Source: an uncultured Nitrososphaeraceae archaeon
GTDB lineage: Archaea > Thermoproteota > Nitrososphaeria > Nitrososphaerales > Nitrososphaeraceae
Assembly (NCBI GenBank): GCA_963765895.1
Contig: CAVXZB010000069.1
Span: 1 to 45,493, forward strand
Direction: 5' to 3'
Length of the DNA: 45,493 nucleotides
Position numbers and translations under genes: made by a program. Shown one piece after another: positions 1 through 9,977 of this stretch (the stretch's first letter is position 1; each line of letters starts with the position of its first letter). A model generated the notes under the pieces. That model was given only the letters and a program-made list of their open reading frames with translations. It had not been told where the DNA came from and made no database searches.

Positions 1-11
1 TTGCATATACC

Positions 12-964
12 GGCTCTGTAGAAACCATGTTCTGAATACCGTTAGAGCTTTGAGACTATGATCCAATATGGATGTTGAAAGAATCAAGATATGTTAGGCT
101 GGCTAATACTATGATCCGTGTCTTGAGAAATTCAAGGATACCATTGTTTCTTCACAGAAAGAGCAATCATGTATTTATGATATGGAGCATTTAGTATTAC
201 TTACAATAAGACAGTACCAAGGTAAGAGTTATAGGATGTTTGTCGAGTGGTTAGTCGAGGCATATTACCTTAGATTGACCTACGATTGTCACGTATTCCT
301 CATTTTACAACATTGCAAAAGTTTACAGACAGACAGAATTAGCAATTCACTGCTTGAGAAGATAATTTCGTCATTCATTGTAATTAGCTGGTACGAAGCA
401 TATCTTTGTAGGAATAGATTCAACAGGATTCAAGATAACTCATGCTTCACAGTATTATGATGAACCAATAGAAGCAAGAAGAAAATATGCGAAATTATCT
501 ATTGGAGCCGATGTATTATAACAGATTATCTGCAACATAAGGATAAGACGAGCTCCTACAAGACATGATAATGTAGATTTCAAGCCAATCATTACAAGAA
601 TAGCTGAAATTCTACCACTATCCGTAGTTACAGCTGATAAGGGATATGATAATGAAGATAATCATCAGTTGGTAAGAGAAACCTTGCATGCATTCAGTGT
701 TATTCCAGCTCGATATGAACATTACCGATATGGAGAACACATGGCAGATATAGAAAGCAAATGAAACGTGGATATAACGAACGTATTGGACAATCAACGA
801 AACAAGGATGGAGACCATAATGTCTGTCATAAAACGACTATTTGGAGAATATATTTCTTCAAGGCTAGTAAAAACACAGAACAGGGAACTATCATTCAGA
901 TGCATAGCCTATAACATGCACAGGCTAACGAATATTGTCATTTTTGTGATGATTCTACATGGCC
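12..964 (+). mobile_element. IS5-family insertion sequence, copy 1 (degenerate)
   Basis: Left end GGCTCTGTAGAAACCAT (12-28); right end reads GGCCATGTAGAATCAT on the minus strand, ending at 964. Encloses a DDE transposase similar to the copy at 2318-3265. No clear target duplication. Confidence 0.85.
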
Positions 965-1011
965 CACAGACCGAAATAGATAAAATCTATTTAATGGTCT
1001 TCTGGCTCTAG
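72..1011 (+). pseudogene. IS5-family DDE transposase, multiply frameshifted
   Basis: Pieces MLKESRYVRLANTMIRV..., RQYQGKSYRMFVEWL, GIDSTGFK, VTADKGYD and ETIMSVIKRLFGE lie in different frames. The stop inside the right IR is lost, so the last ORF reads to 1011. Confidence 0.9.
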
Positions 1012-1246
1012 AATTATCACTCTAGTTTTTTTTAGTAACTCGATTGTGGGTTAGGCCTAGCTCATTGCAATTGCAATGGTAAATCAAGTCATTAGTTGAC
1101 AGACATTTTTATCTTCGACTGCTAACAGGTTAGTTGAACGATATAAATTCTATATGCTATATAATTCTCTGATCACACTATACAGATTTTTTAATAACAT
1201 TTATAAATATCATAAAAAATTATATTAATTAAAGGTATAAGATTCG

Positions 1247-1498
1247 ATGAATTCCATTAACTTTATAAAACCGTTTCTGCATGAGTGCAATTGCCATTTT
1301 GCGCTTTGTGAAACATGCTTTTGGTGCGCAAGTTATTTTTTGCCCAAATCAAGTTCGGAAGATGTTTTCGATAAGGTTTTGATTTGCCCTTACTGTAAAA
1401 CCACACCCTCACTTATTCCATTAAACAGTAATGAAAGCTATATTATATCAATGAATGCTGCTCGTGGACTTGAAGTCCAGTTCTCCAAATTAAGATAG
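1247..1498 (+). CDS. small Cys-rich zinc-finger-like protein
   Basis: CETCFWC and CPYC motifs; 83 aa ORF preceded by AT-rich promoter-like DNA. Confidence 0.65.
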   Translation: MNSINFIKPFLHECNCHFALCETCFWCASYFLPKSSSEDVFDKVLICPYCKTTPSLIPLNSNESYIISMNAARGLEVQFSKLR

Positions 1499-1821
1499 AA
1501 AATTACCTTTTCATTTTATTTAGAGTTATAACTAATTAGGTCTATGTCCTCAGTTATAATGAGATATGAATTAATAATTACGCAAAGGTGTTTAAAGATA
1601 TTGATATGTCAAGAAAGCAAGAAAAGTATAGTCAATATCAAATAAAATTGGTACCGTTACTACTTACCATTAACTAAATATATTGAGTATAGTATCTAGA
1701 AGTAGAGACGGATATACTTCAATAGAATACTGTTTTTGGAGAGACAAAGTCAATAAACGTAAGTTTTCTATCATCTCAAACGCATTGAATGTTGTGTTAT
1801 AGATTCTCTAAGTTATTACTG

Positions 1822-2226
1822 CTACATATTTTCTACAAGGTTTTTGATAATGTATCTATGACAATGGTCACCAACTATGGTGGAATCACAATAGCATAGT
1901 AGCGTGATATCTTTACCATCATTTACTAATTGTTTTAGTTCCCTAATTCGTTCTTGGGCATCAGTAGATTTCATTTCCATTAGAAATCGCTTTTTGTATT
2001 CAGTCCAGTCAATTTTCTTATCCTTCATGTAATCCTTATGAAGATTTTTACTTGGCGCCAGTTCTTTCCACCATTCATTCCAGGTTTCATTAGATTTGGA
2101 GAGATATCTTGGCCTGTAGCGTGCTATTAATATTCTAAGACCGTCAGATTCTTCTACAGTCTTTTCTTTCAGTGATTTAACTTTTAACGTCATTACTATT
2201 TTTCTTCCTTCCTTTGAATATATCAC
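1822..2226 (-). CDS. DUF488 (YeaO-like) family protein
   Basis: DGLRILIARYRPR, WWKELAPS, ITLLCY...HCHR motifs. Confidence 0.85.
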   Translation of the reverse strand: MIYSKEGRKIVMTLKVKSLKEKTVEESDGLRILIARYRPRYLSKSNETWNEWWKELAPSKNLHKDYMKDKKIDWTEYKKRFLMEMKSTDAQERIRELKQLVNDGKDITLLCYCDSTIVGDHCHRYIIKNLVENM

Positions 2227-2317
2227 TAGTCATCTTGTCCACCGGAACTCTATTGTAGGCAATATTCCATTACTTTGTCCACTAAAATGTTCTACGCTAT
2301 TTATATCATAAATACTA

Positions 2318-3265
2318 GGCTATGTAGAAAACACCATCAATATTACAAGATTAGTCAGTCTATGCATATTGTAGGTGATACATCTAAATGATAACTCTCT
2401 GTTCTGCATTCTAGTCAATCTAGACATAAGATTCTCTCCAAATAGTCGTTTTATGACTGATATTATGGTTTCATCTTTGTTTCGTTGATTGTACAGCAAT
2501 TTGGAGTAACCACGCTTCATCTGCTTTCTGTACTTACCATGTGTTCTCCACATCGGTACATGTTCATATCGAGCAGGAATAATACTGAATGCATGTAAGT
2601 CCTCTCTTACGAGAAGGTGATTATCTTCACTATCGTAACCCTTATCAGCTGTAACTACAGATAATGGAAGAATATTTGATGTCCTTGTTATAATTGGCCT
2701 GAAATCTACATTATCATGCCTTGTTGGAGCTCGTCTTATCTTAATTGTACATATGATTTGTTGTAATACATCTACTCCAATAGATAATTTCGCATATTTT
2801 CTTCTCAATTCTGTTCGATCAGTATAATATTGTGATGCATGAGTTATCTTAAATCCTGTTGAATCTATTCCTGCAAAGATATGCTTGGTACCACTAATTA
2901 CAATGAATGACGAAATTATCTTTTCAAGCAATGAATTATTAATTCTATCTGTAAACTTTTGCAATGTTGTAAAATGAGGAATACGTGACAACCGTAGAAA
3001 TGACCTTAGGTAATAGGCTTCAATTAACCACTCGACAAACATTCTATAACTCTTACCTTCATACTGTCGTATAGCAACTAGAACTATGTGCTACCATATT
3101 GTAAATATGTGATTACTTTTCCTGTTAGAAAATAGAGGAATCCTTGCATGCTTCAAAACACGGAACATAGTACCTGCAAGTCTGACGTACATTGATTCTT
3201 TCAATAGACTATTGGTATTATACTCTTACAAAGCTTTGACTGTATGAGATGGTTTCTACACAGCC
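2318..3265 (-). mobile_element. IS5-family insertion sequence, copy 2
   Basis: Terminal IRs GGCTATGTAGAAA (from 2318) and TTTCTACACAGCC (to 3265); TA flanks both ends (2316-2317, 3266-3267); 948 bp. Confidence 0.92.
2320..3204 (-). pseudogene. IS5-family DDE transposase with one in-frame TAG
   Basis: Frame extends to TTG at 3204 (LKESMYVRLAGTMFRVLKHARIP...), interrupted by TAG at 3091-3093. Motifs GIDSTGF, ADKGYD, NQRNKDETIISVIKR; terminal stop lies inside the IR. Confidence 0.9.
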
Positions 3266-3767
3266 TATCTACTAATATGTCTATTTGTAATTAATATAGT
3301 TAGGATAATCCTTAAAAAATTTATATGTTTTCATCGGATGTATCATTTTATCATGAGACGTCTTGGACATTATTTTTAACATTTTATCCTACTTGATTTT
3401 TTTGAAGTAAAGTTCAGTCACTAATATCGTCACCGCCGTCATAGTCCTTATTCACTTTCAACTATGGCCAACAATTAAGACGGCGATAAAAGGGCTATCG
3501 ATCCAATAGCTTTCGAATGATCACGATGGTACAGAAAAATTAAGAAAGATTTTGACTCCCTTATCTAGGCCTACTAAAGTCTTTTGAAGTCGTCCAATTA
3601 TGAAGGTTAAGTAATCTATTTGCTGTATTGCGCATATGCCCTTAAGCTGCAGTTCAAATAAAAAATAAACAAGAACTTTATAGAGCGCTAACAAACCAAG
3701 ACATGTTTGATGATGCTAGAACAAGTGCTTGATTACGTAATATCTGACATAACTAATAGATACCAAT

Positions 3768-4761
3768 ATGTCAGATAATATAAAGTTTGGATTAGCTATT
3801 CCACAGGGTTGGCGAGGAGGCGATCTCCCCTTAGAGGAAGAAAATAATCCTATTTGTCAATATGAATTCTCAAAGTCTATTGTGATAGCAGCAGATAATT
3901 TGAACTTTGATTCAATCTATGCTTATGACCATCTTATTCCTCATTCAAAGGATGATATAGAAAAAAATATTTTTGAATGCTTTACCTTATTATCATCTCT
4001 AGCAGCAATTACAAAAAAAATAAAAATAGGACAAATAGTTGTATGCAATTCTTATCGCAATCCATCATTATTAGCAAAGATGTTATCAACATTGGATATT
4101 ATAAGTAATGGTAGAGTAGAGTTAGGAATAGGTGCAGGATGGTACGAGCAAGAATATGTGGCGTACGGATATAGTTTTCCATCAGACAGAATAAGAATTA
4201 TACAACTTGATGAATCCATAAGTATAATCAAAGCAATGTGGACAGAGAAACATGCATCATTTGAAGGAAAATACTATAAAATAAAAGATGCAATATGTAA
4301 TCCAAAACCAATCCAAAAACCTCATCCATTGATCATGGTTGGAGGATCAGGAGAAAAGTATTTACTTAAAGTTGTAGCAAGACATGCTGACAGATACAAT
4401 CTTTTCTTTGGTTCCCCTGACGAAATGAAAAGAAAGATTTCTTTATTAAGTGAATATTGCAGTTCCATTGGAAGAAACGCTAAGGAAGACATACAATACT
4501 CTGTCGTGTTGCCCTGTATAATAAGGGAGTCAGACGACGAAGTCAATAAAGTGCTTGCACAATACAAAAGAAAAGATAAAAGTGTTGAAGAGTATTCTCA
4601 ATATCTAGTTAGCAGTGTTACGGTAGGAACGCCTGAAAAGGATATTGCAAGGCATTAGAAAATATCTAGATATTGGCGTCAGACATTTTATACTACATTT
4701 TATAGGATTGAATAATAATGCAATTAGACTTTTTGATTCTAAAGTGACTAGAAGGATCTAG
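3768..4761 (+). CDS. LLM-class (probably F420-dependent) oxidoreductase; frameshift near 3' end
   Basis: YDHL, YRNPSLLAKMLSTLDIISNGRVELGIGAGW, PKPIQKPHP, VGGSGEK. C-terminus ILQGIRKYLDIGVRHFILHF...RRI* continues in another frame to 4761. Confidence 0.9.
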
Positions 4762-4975
4762 CAAGTGATGAGTTACTATCATATATATGATAATAAATAT
4801 AGCTTGAGTGCGAGAACTTGAAGTATTCAAGCTGATTCTATTGATAGGTAAAGGTATCAGAACTTGTGATGAACTTATTATCTTCGACCTTGCAAATCGA
4901 TGGATTATGACAAGCCGTTACGGAAAACCCATAACAGGTTCAGCTTGTGATATTGTGATTACAGAGCTCGCAATC

Positions 4976-5233
4976 TTATAGCCAACCGATCAAATTCATG
5001 AGTCGTGTCTGCTCATCATCACCTGCACCTATTGTCGGCACTAGGAATACCATTAGCTCGTCAATACCTGCAGCCAGAAGTTTGGTAAGCAGAGCCGCCA
5101 CAATTGATTCATCTCCAGAAATAACCAAGCTATCTACAAGAGTATCGGGTACCGCCTTATCTGACGTCAATGAAAAACCTGCATTAGAGAACATGGTAGC
5201 ATAGAAAGGGATCTTAGCATAAAAATTAAGCAT
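4976..5233 (-). pseudogene. C-terminal fragment of an LLM-class oxidoreductase
   Basis: FYAKIPFYATMFSNAGF...LVDSLVISGDE...LLAAGIDEL resembles an LLM C-terminus; N-terminal part absent. Confidence 0.6.
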
Positions 5234-5545
5234 TTGATGTCCTGCTGGTGTCAGAAGAATAGGATTTATTACAATATACGATAATTCCGAATAACAAAAT
5301 TAGATGTCTAAATATTTACTTGAAATATGAAGATGCTTAATTAGCATCTTATTGCTGGACAACCCGTATTCTGACTTATATGGAGGAGTGGTATCAGAAT
5401 TCCACGGAAGTTATAATATCCATACGCTACTTGTAGCTGATAGGACACATCTATTATTATTAGACATTAAAAATAATCCGAGGTACAATATAGGTCTCTA
5501 TTACCCATTCACACTACCAAACTGCCAAGATATCGTCTATTAATG

Positions 5546-5836
5546 TTAAATCAGTTCGATAAACAGATTTGCAGGAATACCATTTGCTCTCAGACCAATT
5601 CTAATATTTCCTTCTTCGTACTCTATATCTCCAATGCTATCTTTAAAGCCTCTAGATGCTAAATGTATGCGACTGCATTTTAAATTAATTTTGTATGTTC
5701 CATTACTCTCGTTATAAATTCCTGATGCAAATTGTATGTTTCCTGCATTTGCTAGATCATATAATTCCCTACAAATAGGTTTAATAATCTCCCATGCTTC
5801 TTTTTGTGATACGGGTTTATCCAAATGTATTATCAT
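5546..5836 (-). CDS. hypothetical protein
   Basis: 96-aa open ORF with ordinary globular composition; no motif recognised. Confidence 0.55.
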   Translation of the reverse strand: MIIHLDKPVSQKEAWEIIKPICRELYDLANAGNIQFASGIYNESNGTYKINLKCSRIHLASRGFKDSIGDIEYEEGNIRIGLRANGIPANLFIELI

Positions 5837-6239
5837 TATCTCCTTTGGTCATGTTTCATTAATCTATCTGTTGGTAAACAAACCCCGCTGCATCCTTTAT
5901 TTGTCTATCCTTTCCTTCTCCTCCTCTGGTACTCGAGTATTAATAATATAATCAAAGTACATAGCATAGGCACTGGCAAGGATCGATTAAGAGAGTTATT
6001 GAAAGAAATCGAGAATGAAGTTGTACGAGATGATAAGACGGCCCGCCTCCATTCCCTGGTGATGAAATAAAGAAACAGATATGTTTGTAGATTTCAGAAT
6101 CTAAAGACATAGAATTTTTAATAGTGAAGATATTGAAATTAATAATTTCTTTTTATCATCTGACAAATCTCAGTCAGATGAAATAGATCATTACCATACA
6201 CATAGGTTTTAATATTCAAGCATAACTAAATTCACACAA

Positions 6240-6545
6240 ATGTTTCTATTGGATATTATAAAGCATGATACACACAATGAAAATATTTGTGATCTATGTG
6301 GTGAAGAATTTGTAAATTATGAGGATTTGATCGCACACGCAAGACACGTACATCACCATCCAATTATGAAGTGCCATGAGTGTGGTAAAGAATTCATTCA
6401 CGAAAAAGATAGACTTCATCATAGCAGAGAAGAACATCTAAAAAAAATAGATCATCGAACCCATAAATGGGAACATACGAAAAGAGTCAAGGATCCGCAA
6501 TCGGACGTAGATGAACATATGCATAACTTTGGTGATAATTTCTAA
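6240..6545 (+). CDS. tandem C2H2 zinc-finger protein
   Basis: CDLCGEEF...LIAHARHVH and CHECGKEF...RLHHSREEH. Confidence 0.85.
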   Translation: MFLLDIIKHDTHNENICDLCGEEFVNYEDLIAHARHVHHHPIMKCHECGKEFIHEKDRLHHSREEHLKKIDHRTHKWEHTKRVKDPQSDVDEHMHNFGDNF

Positions 6546-6607
6546 ATCTCACTTTATTTTGACACCAGATCCCTCTAAGTTCTTTTGTTAGGCCCTAACA
6601 TTCTTAC

Positions 6608-6850
6608 CTATCCGACTAAAAGTACAGGGCAATGAGCATGTTACATTACACCATTTGCGACACTTCCCATCAATAACCTTTTTAGTCCGGTTCTTCCCTT
6701 CGTTCCAAAGACTATTAGGCCTCATTAACAGAATAATTTAAAATCGATCCGCTTCAACTAAAGCTTCTGTCTTCACATCTGTCAGACTTGCATTCTTAAT
6801 TATTACAATGGCATTCTGCGCTTCCTGCAATTCGATAGACGTATTTCTTA
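6608..6850 (-). pseudogene. universal stress protein (UspA-like) remnant
   Basis: Manual minus-strand translation GRTGLKRLLMGSVANGVM*HAHCPVLLVG* matches the Usp C-terminal signature; internal stops. 5' boundary approximate. Confidence 0.8.
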
Positions 6851-6949
6851 TTAACATGTTCAATTGAATGCTGTAAACAATCTTTTGCATGAGCCAAAAA
6901 TCTTAATGAATTACGCAACGTGTGATATTCAATGCAACGTTGTTTTCAT

Positions 6950-7065
6950 ACTATGTGAATATTCAAATGGAGATCCAACCTTACCTTTGTTCATATTCTT
7001 TATCTCCCTCTTAGATGATCCTAGAAAACTAATATCCATAAGAATTCGTCCACGTTCAATTAATT
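6950..7065 (-). mobile_element. N-terminal fragment of a different IS5-family transposase
   Basis: Manual translation LIERGRILMDISFLGSSKREIKNMNKGKVGSPFEYSHS resembles the N-terminus of archaeal IS5/IS903-like transposases. Confidence 0.65.
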
Positions 7066-7179
7066 GAGGGACTGGGTGGCTTGAATGTACCGCTCTTCAT
7101 TTAACTTTTTAGTTGCCGGTTTCGAACGAGTCTAAATAAAAAGGGATCCTTAGCACGAGTGATTTAACATTCCCTCTAC

Positions 7180-7602
7180 TTATTTTTGGACTCTTCTAAC
7201 AATACCAATCTGTAATGCCGCTGACAATCCATCGACTACTACCCATGCCTCCTTTATCTTGTTGCCATCAAAATGAAAAACAGTCATACCGACGGTTTCA
7301 AATTTCTTATGGGTAGCTGGGATGCCACGAAATTCCTTTTCATGCGTTCCTTCAACAACAAAAGTGGAAGCAACTTTACTAGACTCCGCTATGCTATCTA
7401 CCATAGTAAACCGCATATCAGGAAACGCAGCACGATCTGAGGAAATCCATTTCTTAAAGTTTTCATTTCCTTCTACATCTTCACCGCGAGCATGGTATAC
7501 AAAGCCAGGTGTCAATAGACTGTCTATACTGTCCAGATTTCCTTGGTTGTATACGTCATCAAAAAATTGGCGAGCTGTTAGTTTAATTTCTACAAGAGAC
7601 AT
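7180..7602 (-). CDS. SnoaL-like ester cyclase (NTF2 fold)
   Basis: AAFPDMRFT, GTHEKEFRGIPATHKK, FDGNKIKEAW. Confidence 0.9.
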   Translation of the reverse strand: MSLVEIKLTARQFFDDVYNQGNLDSIDSLLTPGFVYHARGEDVEGNENFKKWISSDRAAFPDMRFTMVDSIAESSKVASTFVVEGTHEKEFRGIPATHKKFETVGMTVFHFDGNKIKEAWVVVDGLSAALQIGIVRRVQK

Positions 7603-7699
7603 CCTTAAGCCCCTTACTATTAGTCAGAATTTAACTGTTTTCTAGCAATATTGGGCAAGGGAGAACACGAACTTTGCCTGACTATATACATATCTCCAC

Positions 7700-7976
7700 T
7701 GACTATTGACGACCAGAGATCCAAATGTCCCTGACAGACTGCTTTGCATTACTTACTGAAATCTTGAGCTGTGCTTGTATTCCTCTGTTGGGGAGCATTC
7801 GCGCCTTTCGGCTTCTCCCCGTAACCGCGTTCCGTAGTAAATACCAATTGTATTCCTGGGTGAATAGCACAAAGGTCTATGTATTCAATGTCATGAGCGT
7901 TAATTGTCACCGTAAAATCCTTCTTTGGAATCATCCATCCCACCCTTACCTGACCCCAAGGGCCCAGGGCACGCAA
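7700..7976 (-). pseudogene. probable C-terminal fragment of a hypothetical protein
   Basis: VGWMIPKKDFTVTINAHDIEYIDLCA...FTTERGYG joins by frameshift to GIQAQLKISVSNAKQSVRDIWI; protein-like but unidentified. Confidence 0.35.
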
Positions 7977-8956
7977 TTATTTTGATACGAGTCGTTTTAC
8001 GTAAGATAAATCAACGGCACCAATTAACACAATTTTAAGATCAACTCATAAGGGCAAAAATGGGAATATTATCTTTAAACAGTTGCGACCAGATATTACA
8101 CACACTACTTCGTTTGTCACATTCAAAGAAAAATTCCTAAAAAGATTTAGCTTGAGATAATAATATTCCTTCATAATTGTGAATAACACCTCTCAAATAA
8201 GATATCAACAATATGTCATTTATATTGAATAATGCTCATTGAATTACAGCATTTGTTACTTATACTCCAAGATGATGGCTATGAATCCGAGTCATGTACA
8301 CATTCAGTCAAAGCTCCACACCAGTTGAGATCTGGTTATTATACCTTGGTTATCTTGGATATCAGATGGTTTTGCTCTTTATGAAATATGAGACTTTAGT
8401 AAAACTGTAAAGATAATTTTCATAGCGGCCGGAGAAGTATCTATGAAAACTTACAGGGCAGGATTATTGTAATATATTCCAGAAATAAACAAACAAAGAG
8501 AGAATAATTCTGACAGACGATAAATATTATCTCATTAATGGCATCAGTTCTCTGCGGATAAAAGAATTTGTATCTCTTGTTTATATTATGTAATTGTAAC
8601 AAAATCGGCCACAATTTGGACATTAATGGTTTCACAAATATCGTGGACTTTTAAGGCATCAAATTCTTCAGTTACCTCGGTGTTGGGTTTTGCATGTGGT
8701 GGCATAGTATATTGGATAATCACGTTACCTACTTCGGCTCAATGAAATTTGACTACTACCTTTCTGGTGGAATTCATAAATCTTCTTTCAGATATTAGTA
8801 TCAATCCTCTGTTATATGATCCACTTATCTACTGGAACAGCAAATCTCTCAAAAGGATACTAGCTTTGTGCTTGTATTTGTTGTTCGTTCTGATTGTATA
8901 CATTATTCATAATATGTTTTCCACTTAAACAATATTGCTTGTAAATACATATGCAC

Positions 8957-9577
8957 TTAATTCTTGATATTGGCAAGTTCATTTTCAAAGTGGACTGCAG
9001 TTTCATTATCAAATATGCAAAATTCTATAATGTGCAATTTTGATTGTGTGTTGTTATTGCTGTTGTTGCTGTTTTGTGTGTTATTATTATTATTATTACC
9101 TTCAAGAAACGCTTTAGATTCATCAACAAGTATCTTTGCACACCTATCTTTAGGAAAGCCAAATATCCCAGAACTTATTGCTGGCATTGAAATACTTGTA
9201 AAGCCTTTTTCTGATGCTAATAAAAGGCTACTTCTAATTGCTTTTCTTAGGTTGTAATCTTCATTTCCATCACCCATTCTTGGACCAACTGTGTGTATTA
9301 CTGCTTTACATGGTAACCTTCCAGCTGTAGTAATTACAGCGGATCCAACTTGAACAAAACCTCCAGCTGTGACTATTCTGTCACTTTCATCCTGAATAAC
9401 TGCTCCACCTTTTCTTACAATGGCAGCTGCAACTCCTCCGCCGTGTTTTAAGTAAGAATTTGCAGCATTTATTATAACATCAACATTTCTTTCTGTTATA
9501 TCTCCTTCAACAAGTCTGAGAATTTTATTATTATCTAAATTTATCTCCAATACCAAATTTACACCATGATTAATCAA
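8957..9577 (-). CDS. macrodomain protein (ADP-ribose binding/hydrolase, YmdB/AF1521-like)
   Basis: GDIT, INAAN...GGGVAAAI, VIHTVGP, PAISSGIFGFP; Asn-rich insertion near the C-terminus. Confidence 0.93.
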   Translation of the reverse strand: MINHGVNLVLEINLDNNKILRLVEGDITERNVDVIINAANSYLKHGGGVAAAIVRKGGAVIQDESDRIVTAGGFVQVGSAVITTAGRLPCKAVIHTVGPRMGDGNEDYNLRKAIRSSLLLASEKGFTSISMPAISSGIFGFPKDRCAKILVDESKAFLEGNNNNNNTQNSNNSNNNTQSKLHIIEFCIFDNETAVHFENELANIKN

Positions 9578-9761
9578 ATGTCAAAAAATGGATTTATCGT
9601 CTTTGTTCATGCTTATACTTAATTTCAGATTGCATGGTTGAGTAACTAATTGCATAATGTATTATAATTCAATTAGATATAAAAAACGATTTAGTTATAG
9701 TCGTTCTTGGGTGGAAAAATTGAGTCTATATTTATCCATTACGCAATGAATAGGTACTTCT

Positions 9762-9977
9762 ATTTGTGTAGAGACTTCATTAAGGGAAGGATTTAACATA
9801 GGCTACGATATGGCGATAATATCTGATGCTACGGCATCCGGTAACAAGAGACATTACGAGACAACTCTAGAAAGAGTAAAAGATTACTATGGATTAGTCA
9901 TGGATAGCGAGCGGTTTAGAAGAGCCATCGGGAAACTGGATATGGTACGAAAAGGTCAAGTAGATGTATTATATTAG
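9762..9977 (+). pseudogene. C-terminal fragment of an isochorismatase-family cysteine hydrolase
   Basis: Manual translation ICVETSLREGFNIGYDMAIISDATAS...YGLVMDS; no start codon or N-terminal half. Confidence 0.8.

Noticed and set aside
7660-7675. GAACACGAACTT resembling a class C group II intron domain I segment
   Set aside because: Short match only; no domain V/VI and no reverse transcriptase in the window.
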